Sequence record: MT133560.1
DNA: 64,000 bases
Reading direction: 5' to 3' (one strand)
The notes under the pieces were generated by a model. It worked only from the letters and a program-made list of their open reading frames with translations. It ran no database searches and was not told the DNA's origin. Positions 48,420-57,380 of this stretch are shown here, in pieces; the first letter of the stretch is position 1; each line of letters opens with the position of its first letter. The position numbers and the translations under genes were made by a program.

Positions 48420-48735
48420 ACCTCGGTAGATAGGGATGTTAAATAAGTAACATCCCGATTCTAATACTGCGACCCTGGTTCACTTCGGTGATAACGGTTA
48501 GGAGTAGGTTCCGTGAAGTAATCGACTAGTGGACTTAGTCTAGGTCGACCTATCACTACACGAGGATGATAGATCACTTAACCGAAAGGAGTTACTCAAA
48601 AGGTGACGTGTGATCAAAAACTACAATGGATGGTAAATGATACTAGTGCCGGTATGCTACAGAGAAGAGCGGAGGTTAAGCTTTGTAGATGACGCTAGGA
48701 TCGGGCCAGGCTCCGTTGGTGGTCCATTGTAAAAA
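48420..48735 (+). ncRNA. candidate structured non-coding RNA or structured 3' UTR
   Basis: no ORF; contiguous stems including UUCG and GAAA tetraloop hairpins and a long-range tacaatgga/tccattgta helix. Confidence 0.6.
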
Positions 48736-48737
48736 CT

Positions 48738-48780
48738 GATATAGCGGCTCCTTCGGGGGCCGCTTATATCTCCTTTTTTT
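48738..48780 (+). terminator. intrinsic terminator
   Basis: gatatagcggctcc-TTCG-ggggccgcttatatc followed by a T-tract. Confidence 0.9.
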
Positions 48781-48805
48781 GTTAATCGATAAATAGGAGT
48801 TTGGT

Positions 48806-49942
48806 ATGGGTCTTTATGCCAAAGTTGTTGATCATAATGAAGTTCATGATCAATTTACGGGTAAACGAATTTATGCCAATGATTACAATACGAGTAACTC
48901 AGATGAGAAAGAAGAATTTGATAGACATTTCTATTCTCATTTCCAAGATTCAGAAGCAATTGAAAGTAGTGTAAGCTGTGATTGTCGAGCAATCGAAGAC
49001 GCACATAAACTCGGAGTAATCTGTGATATTTGTAATACTCCAGTTGTCAATACTTCTAGCCGCCCTATCGAACCATCAATGTGGGTTCGTACACCAAAAC
49101 ATGTACGTAGCCTAATTAACCCACGTTTAATCATTATGCTAACCGGATATCTAGTAACTAAAGAATTCGATTTCTTAGCATATCTAACTGATACTTCTTA
49201 TCGATACGATGTAGAATCTATTGGTTCTAAGGAAACACGCAGGAAAGTAGATAGGCTACTGCATCGAGGATTTGAAAGAGGATTAAATCACTTCATTGAT
49301 AATTTCAATGAGATCTTCCAATTCCTACTAGATGCAAATATTATCTCTAATAATAAATCCGAATTCGCTCAATTCGTTGCTCAGAATAAAGATAAGTTAT
49401 TCCCTAAATATTTACCAGTTCCTTCTAAACTCTGTTTCGTAGCAGAATCAACCACATCTGGTACTTACTTAGATAAACCAATTGAAGCAGCAATTGATGC
49501 TACCTTAACCTTCGCTAGTATTGATGCATCATCTGTACCACTTAGTCCAATTAAAGCTCAGAATAGGACTATGCGAGGACTAAGACTATATGGCCAGTTC
49601 TACGAGATCTACGCAAAATCACGAATTGCTCAAAAGCCTGGTCTTGCTCGGCGTCACATGTTTGGTGCTCGTCTCAACGCTACGGCACGTGCAGTAATCA
49701 CTTCTATTAGTGACCCGCATGATTATGATGAACTACATATCCCTTGGGGGGTAGGTTGTCAATTATTAAAGTATCATCTAACCAATAAACTAAAAGCAAA
49801 GTTTAACATGACAACTCGTGAAGCATTCTCATTTGTATATGAGAATGTACTTCAATATAACCAAATCATTGCAGATCTATTTAAAGAGCTAATTGCAGAA
49901 GCAGCCCCTTATAAAGGGATGGGTTGTACTTTTCACCGAAAT
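48806..49942 (+). CDS. non-virion RNA polymerase beta' N-terminal subunit, exon 1 (gp55-like)
   Basis: Zn-binding CDC...CDIC; GLARRHMFGARLNATARAVIT resembles beta' GKRVDYSGRSVI; ends at HRN just before the PTL motif. Confidence 0.93.
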
Positions 49943-51186
49943 TAATCTATTAAGTTAAAGCGCTACAGATTCTGGGTGTGGTAACCAGGAATCTCTAATG
50001 AGGAATTATGAATGAAGAAATAAGATGGCGTAAAATACCTGGTTTCAATAATTACGAAGTCAGTGATCATGGTCAAGTTAGGAACCTTAAAGGCGAATTA
50101 ATCTCACAACACGAGAATAAGACAACTAAAGGTACTTACCTTACCGTTAACATCCACAATGATGACGGTATTAGAAAGATTCGTTATGTTCATCGTTTTG
50201 TGTGCATGGCGTTTCATGGGTTACCTGAAAACTTTAATGAGTTGGACGTTAACCACAAAGATACCATTAAGCATAATAATCATTACCTTAACCTAGAGTG
50301 GGAAACTCGTAGCGGTAATGTTAAGCATGCATTTATAACCGGTGCCAATAAACATGCACTCGCTGTTAAATGTACAAACATTCTGACTGGTGAAGTAAAT
50401 AACTTCATCTCGATGAAAGAAGTAGCCGAGTTCCTAGAGCTTGGTCACAATAAAGGGTTACATGTCGTATTGGGTCATTTAGTTAAACCATTCAGAGGTA
50501 AATATGTATTCGAAGTAAGTGGGGATTATCACCCACAGAAGCGTAAGAATGCAATTGAAGTTTATTGCATAGACTTCAAGACCAACACCTTTGGACGATA
50601 TGTAAACCTAACGCAGTTACAACTTAGAACCGGGTTAATTAAAGGGTCAGTGCAGGACATTTTAAAGAAACCAGATCTAAGATTATTCAACGGTGTTGTT
50701 ATCTGTAGGGTCGATGATAAGGAACGGCTATTCGAATACGTTTCTAACCTAACCCAAGAAATGGTTAACAAATCCATTGATGATTACAATAGATACAAAG
50801 CGCGTAGAGAGAAGCTACATACCACCTAAGCAATTAGTGTAGCGACTTAACTTAATATGGGTTTCCTTGTATCAGAAATGATACTCGACAAAACTTCTTG
50901 AATTGCTGGAACAACTCGTTAGGTCAGTTAGCTACAATAGTTCCGAAAGGTTCTATGAATGCTTAAGAATAACTGAATAGAGTCAATCAGCAGCTAAGAT
51001 CCTAACCCGAAAGGTATGGATAAAGTTCAACGACTAGTGCATTGGCACGTAGGGTCCAAGTGGACTCGAAGTGGGAAGCACCTTACTGGGTAAAGCCAAA
51101 GGTGAAGATATAGTCTCAACGTCTAGCGAGAGCTAGAGCTGCACGTAATGGTGCGGGTTAGCCTAACGAACTAACTGAAGATATTG
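49943..51186 (+). other. group I intron 1 (IA-like) with HNH ORF in the P1 loop
   Basis: P aattgctggaa 50901, Q aatcagcagc 50985, R gttcaacgacta 51025, S aagatatagtct 51105; exon ends in U and intron ends in G; IGS gtttc 50861-50865 pairs with exon gaaau. Confidence 0.92.
50008..50829 (+). CDS. intron-encoded HNH homing endonuclease (NUMOD4-HNH-NUMOD1-like)
   Basis: WRKIPGFNNYEVSDHGQVR, VHRFVCMAF, VNHKDTIKHNNHYLNLEW; GAGGA RBS. Confidence 0.92.
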   Translation: MNEEIRWRKIPGFNNYEVSDHGQVRNLKGELISQHENKTTKGTYLTVNIHNDDGIRKIRYVHRFVCMAFHGLPENFNELDVNHKDTIKHNNHYLNLEWETRSGNVKHAFITGANKHALAVKCTNILTGEVNNFISMKEVAEFLELGHNKGLHVVLGHLVKPFRGKYVFEVSGDYHPQKRKNAIEVYCIDFKTNTFGRYVNLTQLQLRTGLIKGSVQDILKKPDLRLFNGVVICRVDDKERLFEYVSNLTQEMVNKSIDDYNRYKARREKLHTT

Positions 51187-51312
51187 CCAACGCTTCAACG
51201 TGGATCTACGCAGCAGTTCTTTATTACTAAAGTAAAAGATGACATTAATGATAATTCTATCAGCATGTCAGTTTTATGCCTTAAGGCTCCAAACGCAGAT
51301 TTCGACGGAGAT
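51187..51312 (+). CDS. nvRNAP beta' subunit exon 2 (catalytic loop; absent from ORF track)
   Basis: manual translation PTLQRGSTQQFFITKVKDDINDNSISMSVLCLKAPNADFDGD; 126 nt, in frame with both flanking exons. Confidence 0.95.
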
Positions 51313-52836
51313 TTTAATTGGTCTCCTAACCTTCTTAATTGCTGGAACCTCCTTAGAGCCTAACTACCAAAGCAGATAGCGAAAGCTAAAATGTAACGGT
51401 TTGAAAAGTGTTAGGATTGGACAATCAGCAGCGAAGCTTCTACGTATTGCCGTGAGGCGAGATAGGAAGAACGTTCAACGACTATCGAAACCACTGCGAA
51501 AGCAGCCAAGGGAGTAGAGTAGGGCCAAGTGGTCCGAAATAGAAGGCTTCCCTCTGGGAAGAAGATATAGTCTCACCATCTAGTGAAAGCTAGAGCAGTT
51601 ACTTAATGTCGGGAGATATTAAGTGGACGGTACAGCAGCGACATGTCTTCCAATGGAGGATATGTGTTTATTTACAGTCGTATACCCAAATCGAGAGAAA
51701 TTGTGATTCCCGGTACATTCGGGCGTTATAGACTGACTCTGGATGGGTTAGTCTATGATCGATTTTTGGATAAATTGATAGATCCAATAAACCGACATTA
51801 CGTTCTTGAATTACCATGGCATAGACTACCCATTCATGTTACTAAGTTGATAGCAGTGTGTTTTAAAGGCTGGCATGCGCCATTAGAGTTTGTTAGCCGC
51901 TGCGAAATATTGTTTTCTGATGGAGATGAAGACAATATTCATCCTAGAAACTTGATTTGGAAATTCCCGGAAGAAGGATTGGAGGTTCCCACCTTCCCAG
52001 GATATTATTTCATCCCTAGTTTTACCTGCTATGCAATCAATGATGAACTCAAGGTCATAAGTCTTTTTGAAGGTTCAGCTAAATTAACAAGTTTGGCGAC
52101 AACTGGATACAGAGATCTTGGATTGCGTCGAGATGATGGCACCTATGTAGGAACGAATTTACACCGTGTAGCTGCACTGACATTTATTGAATACGATAAC
52201 ACCATCAATGAGAAAGTGGTCAACCACATAGATGGTGATCGTGACAATACAGTACCCGATAACCTAGAATGGGTAACCCAGAGTGAAAATGTGTTGCATG
52301 GAAATGCAATCAAAACCGGTTATATTGGATCAGCAAAGAATACCGCGATCATGAGAATGTTGAAAAATCGCGGAATTAACACGGACGGAATTGTTCTTGA
52401 GCACGACGGTATTGAGATAAAGGATATCGTTACGGGTGAAATCAGGAAATATGACTCGCAAAAGAAAGCAAGTGAGGCGATAGGGGTTAGTGTAGGTACG
52501 ATTTCTTTGAAAGTTAGCGGACATGCAATTTATCCAGTCATTATGGATAGGTACATTGTACGTCGGGTTGGTTCAGAATGGCCAACCTGGGATGAATCCA
52601 TTGAGTATAGTCAGGCTAAAAATAAGACCACACTTGTGAAAAATGTGGAAACTGGCGAGATTTTGAAATACAAATCAGCCAAGCAGGCATATCTCGATCT
52701 TGGATTATCAAAGAAAGTAGTAACTAGCAAACTCAAAAAGAAAGACCGTCGACCAATTAATGGGTTCATTTTTAAATATGAAAATGACCCAGATGATTTT
52801 TAGACATGTCGCTGACGATGCTGTATGAAGATAGTG
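51313..52836 (+). other. group I intron 2 (IA-like) with HNH ORF in the P9 region
   Basis: P 51337, Q 51423, R 51473, S 51562; IGS gtctcc 51321-51326 pairs with exon ggagau; terminal G at 52836. Confidence 0.93.
51643..52803 (+). CDS. intron-encoded HNH homing endonuclease (gp56-like)
   Basis: NLHRVAALTF, VVNHIDGDRDNTVPDNLEWVTQSEN; degenerate N-terminal HNH copy; two NUMOD1-like repeats. Confidence 0.92.
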   Translation: MSSNGGYVFIYSRIPKSREIVIPGTFGRYRLTLDGLVYDRFLDKLIDPINRHYVLELPWHRLPIHVTKLIAVCFKGWHAPLEFVSRCEILFSDGDEDNIHPRNLIWKFPEEGLEVPTFPGYYFIPSFTCYAINDELKVISLFEGSAKLTSLATTGYRDLGLRRDDGTYVGTNLHRVAALTFIEYDNTINEKVVNHIDGDRDNTVPDNLEWVTQSENVLHGNAIKTGYIGSAKNTAIMRMLKNRGINTDGIVLEHDGIEIKDIVTGEIRKYDSQKKASEAIGVSVGTISLKVSGHAIYPVIMDRYIVRRVGSEWPTWDESIEYSQAKNKTTLVKNVETGEILKYKSAKQAYLDLGLSKKVVTSKLKKKDRRPINGFIFKYENDPDDF

Positions 52837-53040
52837 CAACTTAATTTAACATTAATGCCCGATGTGTATTTAACCAAAGCAACTGAACGCATCGCGCCAC
52901 ATACGTGGGTTCTATCTATTGATGAACCGCATGAAATCTCAGGAAACCTTGAGCTACAAGGTCCTGTTGTAGAAACAATCATTAATTGGGCGCATGAGAA
53001 ATATTTACCACCACTAGAAGAGTGGTTAAAAGCAAAATAA
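52837..53040 (+). CDS. nvRNAP beta' subunit exon 3 (gp56.1-like)
   Basis: QLNLTLMPD completes NADFDGD-Q; spliced ORF is 1467 nt, 488 aa. Confidence 0.92.
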   Translation, partial: QLNLTLMPDVYLTKATERIAPHTWVLSIDEPHEISGNLELQGPVVETIINWAHEKYLPPLEEWLKAK

Positions 53041-53043
53041 ATT

Positions 53044-53075
53044 AATAGGGGAGTCTAACTCCCCTATTATTTCTT
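53044..53075 (+). terminator. intrinsic terminator
   Basis: aataggggagt-cta-actcccctatt. Confidence 0.85.
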
Positions 53076-53088
53076 TGAGGTTAGTAAT

Positions 53089-53472
53089 ATGCGCGATCTA
53101 GTTATTTATTGGAAAAAGTATGATGGTTACTATATACGAGATGAGCATGGTGAACATCCTGTAACTTTCCAATTATCAGAAATTAATTGGAATTTCACCG
53201 GAGCTTATGAATACGGTGGTTCTGAATTGATTGATGGTCATTTAAGATTTGGTATAGATTTCAAAATACGAAATATTAAGTGGTGCATTAGGTTTAACCT
53301 AGACGGTAAGTTTACTTTTTACAATATGTCAAATAATGATCGGGATGATACCCTTGTAATTCCAGCTACTTCAAAATTTGCACAATTCTTTAAAAAGACA
53401 GGTAAACATGTAATTACTAATGAAGTTATCACTATCCCAATTAATTGCTCTTTTGATAAGCAAATTTATTAA
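53089..53472 (+). CDS. hypothetical protein
   Basis: 127-aa ORF with GAGG RBS. Confidence 0.75.
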   Translation: MRDLVIYWKKYDGYYIRDEHGEHPVTFQLSEINWNFTGAYEYGGSELIDGHLRFGIDFKIRNIKWCIRFNLDGKFTFYNMSNNDRDDTLVIPATSKFAQFFKKTGKHVITNEVITIPINCSFDKQIY

Positions 53473-53484
53473 AGGTAAATAAGG

Positions 53485-53910
53485 ATGAATAGTAAATGTA
53501 ATGAATGTACTAAGCAAATCGATAATTCCCATGATGTACCAAAAACACTTGGTATCTGTCATAAGCATCATCGGTTCAATGTATTTGGGGATAATGGTTT
53601 ACTTAAAGATTCAGATAAACTAGTTACATTTAAACTTAATAAAGAAACTAATCTATTTGAATGTATTCTAGAAAATACTAAAGGTGAGTATGCGGGATTC
53701 CATCATCCTAAGTTTGGATTTCGTATTAAACATGATGATCCAATCACTATTGTGGTGACTGCACCTGAACATGACATCCATGTTGAATTAACTGTAACTG
53801 TTGAAGGTGTTACAAAAGCTATCAATTGGATCGGTCAGGAACTAGACACATTTAACCTACCTATACAACATCCGTTTAATCTATGTTGGTCATATACAGC
53901 CAATAACTGA
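53485..53910 (+). CDS. hypothetical protein with N-terminal CxxC...CxxH putative Zn motif
   Basis: CNEC...CHKHH; AAGG RBS. Confidence 0.75.
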   Translation: MNSKCNECTKQIDNSHDVPKTLGICHKHHRFNVFGDNGLLKDSDKLVTFKLNKETNLFECILENTKGEYAGFHHPKFGFRIKHDDPITIVVTAPEHDIHVELTVTVEGVTKAINWIGQELDTFNLPIQHPFNLCWSYTANN

Positions 53911-53978
53911 AGTGTATAATGATTATAGACGCCCATGGTGTGGATCTCTTGAACAGCTGTGCCGTGAAGTTACACTGA
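53854..53978 (+). repeat. diverged direct repeat, copy A (gene end plus truncated start of the 54285 gene)
   Basis: encodes IQHPFNLCWSY..* and MIIDAHGVDLLNSCA..*; similar to copy B. Confidence 0.85.
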
Positions 53979-53980
53979 AT

Positions 53981-54004
53981 TCAATTTCAGATTTATATCA
54001 CTAA
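53981..54004 (+). promoter_or_regulatory. promoter-like motif of the chimallin class (TATATCAC)
   Basis: aatttcagatttatatcactaa versus aatttgagatttatattactaa. Confidence 0.6.
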
Positions 54005-54032
54005 GGTGCAATAGTGATAAGGGGAATATCCA

Positions 54033-54215
54033 ATGTCTAATATTCGTGAAATTATTCGACGTAACCCGGAACGTTTATCACAAGCCGAACGAGATGAACG
54101 TGAAGCCAGATCGGTAGCTATATTAACTGGGAGATATATCACTCGTGGGAATGGTGATGTAGTGGTAAACAGAAGGTTTGTCGATGCATATGTCGAAATG
54201 ATCTCTAAGCTTTAA
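54033..54215 (+). CDS. small inserted hypothetical protein (60 aa)
   Basis: AAGGGG RBS; lies between the two repeat copies. Confidence 0.7.
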   Translation: MSNIREIIRRNPERLSQAERDEREARSVAILTGRYITRGNGDVVVNRRFVDAYVEMISKL

Positions 54216-54220
54216 GAGGT

Positions 54221-54345
54221 AACCTATTATGCAACGTCTATTTAATCTGTGCTGGGTATATGAGTACAGTATCTGAGGTGAATAATGATTGTAGATGCAC
54301 ATGGTGTAGACCTCTTGGACATCTGTGCAGGTGGCCATCTTACAC
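54221..54345 (+). repeat. diverged direct repeat, copy B
   Basis: encodes MQRLFNLCWVY..* and MIVDAHGVDLLDICA. Confidence 0.85.
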
Positions 54346-54896
54346 AGCAAACAACCCAATGGTTGGGTGAGCGTAGTCAGGCACTGCGTTCAACTATGTC
54401 AACTGCTGCTGCTAGCTTTTTCAATACTGCACAAAATATGTACAGTATGATTAGTGAATCAGCTGCTGTTCAAGCACTGCGGAATCTAACCACAAAGAAA
54501 GATAATTTATGGCAGTCGAACAACATTGTGTATCTTGAGACTTTAGCTGAACTACAAACAGCTGGTCCGATTATGCAACGTTGGGTTATGGCGCATGAGC
54601 GTCTAAGAGCTATGTATCTTAATAATGAAGTTGATGGATATAGTGGTTCTTATAATAACATCCAAGGTGATGCAGTAGGTGAACGACAGTTTGATTATCG
54701 TCGCGTGATGGATGGAGTTATGTATACCGATAAGAAAGAATTCGGTTATAAAAACTATCACGAAGATATCAAGAGTGATCGTAAACTTAGTCTGCATGAA
54801 AAAGTTGACATCATCCGTATGTGGAATGCTATTGATGGGCATCTGGACGCAGGTGAAGAAGATCCAACTTCAGTCGTAGGTAATCTTCTAGGTTAA
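54285..54896 (+). CDS. conserved phiKZ-like protein (gp59 position; possibly Imp3)
   Basis: 203-aa ORF with GAGGTG RBS; Imp3 call is positional and from memory. Confidence 0.75.
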   Translation: MIVDAHGVDLLDICAGGHLTQQTTQWLGERSQALRSTMSTAAASFFNTAQNMYSMISESAAVQALRNLTTKKDNLWQSNNIVYLETLAELQTAGPIMQRWVMAHERLRAMYLNNEVDGYSGSYNNIQGDAVGERQFDYRRVMDGVMYTDKKEFGYKNYHEDIKSDRKLSLHEKVDIIRMWNAIDGHLDAGEEDPTSVVGNLLG

Positions 54897-54947
54897 ATAA
54901 ATGAGAGTCCCGTACAGGGGCTCTCTTCTATCGTTTAGGAGAGATCT

Positions 54948-55283
54948 ATGTCAATTGATCTACTCGTACCAAATAAACTAAAGATGTTTCAAAAAAGTCC
55001 AGATGGTACGGGATATATGTATTTTAATAGTACAGATGGAATAGAACTTAAACACGATAATCAAACACGACTATTGTATCTTCCTGATAATGACTATGTA
55101 ACTGGTGATTATGTTTCACCTGATACTAAATTTATTTTTACAGTTATTGAAGGTGAAGTGGTCTCTGTTAAATTAGATACTGGCGAGGAAATACATAGTT
55201 ATAGTTTTTGTGATGAGAGTCCATTGTGGAACCATCCACATATTGCTTATTACGTTAAGGAAAATACCGATGCTATTAATTAA
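54948..55283 (+). CDS. hypothetical protein
   Basis: 111-aa ORF with AGGAG RBS. Confidence 0.75.
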   Translation: MSIDLLVPNKLKMFQKSPDGTGYMYFNSTDGIELKHDNQTRLLYLPDNDYVTGDYVSPDTKFIFTVIEGEVVSVKLDTGEEIHSYSFCDESPLWNHPHIAYYVKENTDAIN

Positions 55284-55722
55284 GCACAATAACCCATCAA
55301 TGCCACTGCACCCTATTCTTAAATTAACTACTGCTGTAGTTGATTCAACTCGTTTTAATCTTGAAGAATATTCTTATCTTAAAGAAGCATTTAAGAATGG
55401 CACTCTACGTATCTATGTGACTGGATATGACTATGCTTACCCATCTGAAGATGGTCATCTTGTTATTAAAGACGAATATCCTAAGGTGGCTAGCAGGCCA
55501 CCATTTGTACATGTTGGTAGGGATCCAAATGGGTTAATTGATGATACCCAGTTATATGTAGCTACAACTCATTTTTCAGGGGCAGGTGCCGAGATTGCTA
55601 CCAGACCCATTAGTGTACACGCATGTGTTACTGAACACGATATCGTTTTAACAAGTACACTCAAGAAAAAAGAAGGTACTGTTATCGTATACCACATTGA
55701 ATTAATTGCAAGTAAATATTAG
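55270..55722 (+). CDS. hypothetical protein
   Basis: AAGGA RBS before ATG 55270. Confidence 0.7.
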   Translation: MLLIKHNNPSMPLHPILKLTTAVVDSTRFNLEEYSYLKEAFKNGTLRIYVTGYDYAYPSEDGHLVIKDEYPKVASRPPFVHVGRDPNGLIDDTQLYVATTHFSGAGAEIATRPISVHACVTEHDIVLTSTLKKKEGTVIVYHIELIASKY

Positions 55723-55795
55723 TACACTAGTTAATATAAGTATTTAACTGTATGTATCAAGTAATATAAAGGGAGCCATTTGGCTCCCATCTTAA

Positions 55796-56239
<444 letters not shown>

Positions 56240-56797
56240 ATGACTAGTGAAGTTGAACAAAATGAAAGCGAAGCTATGAACTCCATGCTATTAAAACGAA
56301 TTCATATGCTAGAAGTAACAGTTAGGAATCTAACGAAACATGCTAAAGTTATAGATGAGTCTTTCCAACAATTGGTAAAAGTTAAAGCTGAAGAAACTGC
56401 AACATTTAATATTCGCGTTAGTCGAGTTCTTGCAGATATTCTTTGCAATATGGGTGAAAGTATTCGGCGTGAAGTTGATGACGCAATGCGAGCTATCAAT
56501 GGTGATACTAAACCAGTATTCTCACTAGTTGAAGTAGATGGAGTTAATCAGAAAGAACATATGGACTCGGTCATTGTTCGTAAAGGCGGTGATAAAGGTT
56601 ATATGTTTGCTACTGTTGGAACACCTAATAAGTTCACTACTGAAAACTGCGATGCGTTGATTGATTACCTAAATAGTAATCCTCAACTAATGGAAAACAA
56701 AGAAGAAGCTCGTTTTAATATCATCACTACTCTGACTAAACAACAGATTGAACAAGTTATGGGTAAAGAAGATGGCAACTCCGGAACCGAACACTAG
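56240..56797 (+). CDS. hypothetical coiled-coil protein
   Basis: 185-aa ORF with TAAATG junction. Confidence 0.75.
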   Translation: MTSEVEQNESEAMNSMLLKRIHMLEVTVRNLTKHAKVIDESFQQLVKVKAEETATFNIRVSRVLADILCNMGESIRREVDDAMRAINGDTKPVFSLVEVDGVNQKEHMDSVIVRKGGDKGYMFATVGTPNKFTTENCDALIDYLNSNPQLMENKEEARFNIITTLTKQQIEQVMGKEDGNSGTEH

Positions 56798-57380
56798 AGT
56801 TACAGATAGCGATAACATGATCATGGATGCAATGCAAGCCATGGTTAGCATTCATCAGAAAGAGATACCTATTGTCCATGAGGACGTTTTTGTAAAGAAT
56901 ATATTACCGTTACTTGAATGTCCATGGGCACCAGGTGCATTAGATGAATATCGTAAATATGTTCATGAGCTATCAAATCCATTACGTGTAGCAAGTGTTA
57001 ATACCAAAGAAGCAGTTGTACTTTTTACAGTTCCAGCACTTTATCCTCGTCCAAGTGTTGCAATCTCATCTGGTGAGAATGTTGCTAGTATTTCTAATGT
57101 AATGGATTATTATAATAAAGAACATAATCGCAATCCACGTGGTGGGTTTGCTAAAGAAGCGGCTCAATTCCTAGAGCGGTGTATTTATAATGAACCATTA
57201 GAAAAACAACTTCTACAAGTGTTAATCCAAATCTTAGCAGCATATGGTCGGGTATTAAAAAATACTGATGGTACTCCGTTATATGAGTTACCGAATGCAT
57301 CTTCATCTAAATCTGGAGGTGTGCAAGTAGATACACCTGAGAATGATGAATGTGTTTACGGTGACGAATATGAAGACTGA
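56772..57380 (+). CDS. conserved hypothetical protein
   Basis: start MATPEPN preferred; acidic C-terminus. Confidence 0.75.
   Translation: MATPEPNTRVTDSDNMIMDAMQAMVSIHQKEIPIVHEDVFVKNILPLLECPWAPGALDEYRKYVHELSNPLRVASVNTKEAVVLFTVPALYPRPSVAISSGENVASISNVMDYYNKEHNRNPRGGFAKEAAQFLERCIYNEPLEKQLLQVLIQILAAYGRVLKNTDGTPLYELPNASSSKSGGVQVDTPENDECVYGDEYED

Noticed and set aside
48420-48735. Small self-cleaving ribozyme (hammerhead, twister, pistol), tRNA or third intron
   Set aside because: No CUGAUGA/GAAA core, twister or pistol conserved blocks, cloverleaf, or group I P7 motifs could be matched by eye; kept only as an unclassified structured RNA
48806-49945. Truncated or pseudogenised RNAP subunit
   Set aside because: The stop codon is the first codon of a group I intron; splicing restores the full frame
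52825-52836. ATG start MKIV for a stand-alone 71-aa ORF
   Set aside because: These codons are the intron 3' end; the coding part is exon 3 starting at 52837
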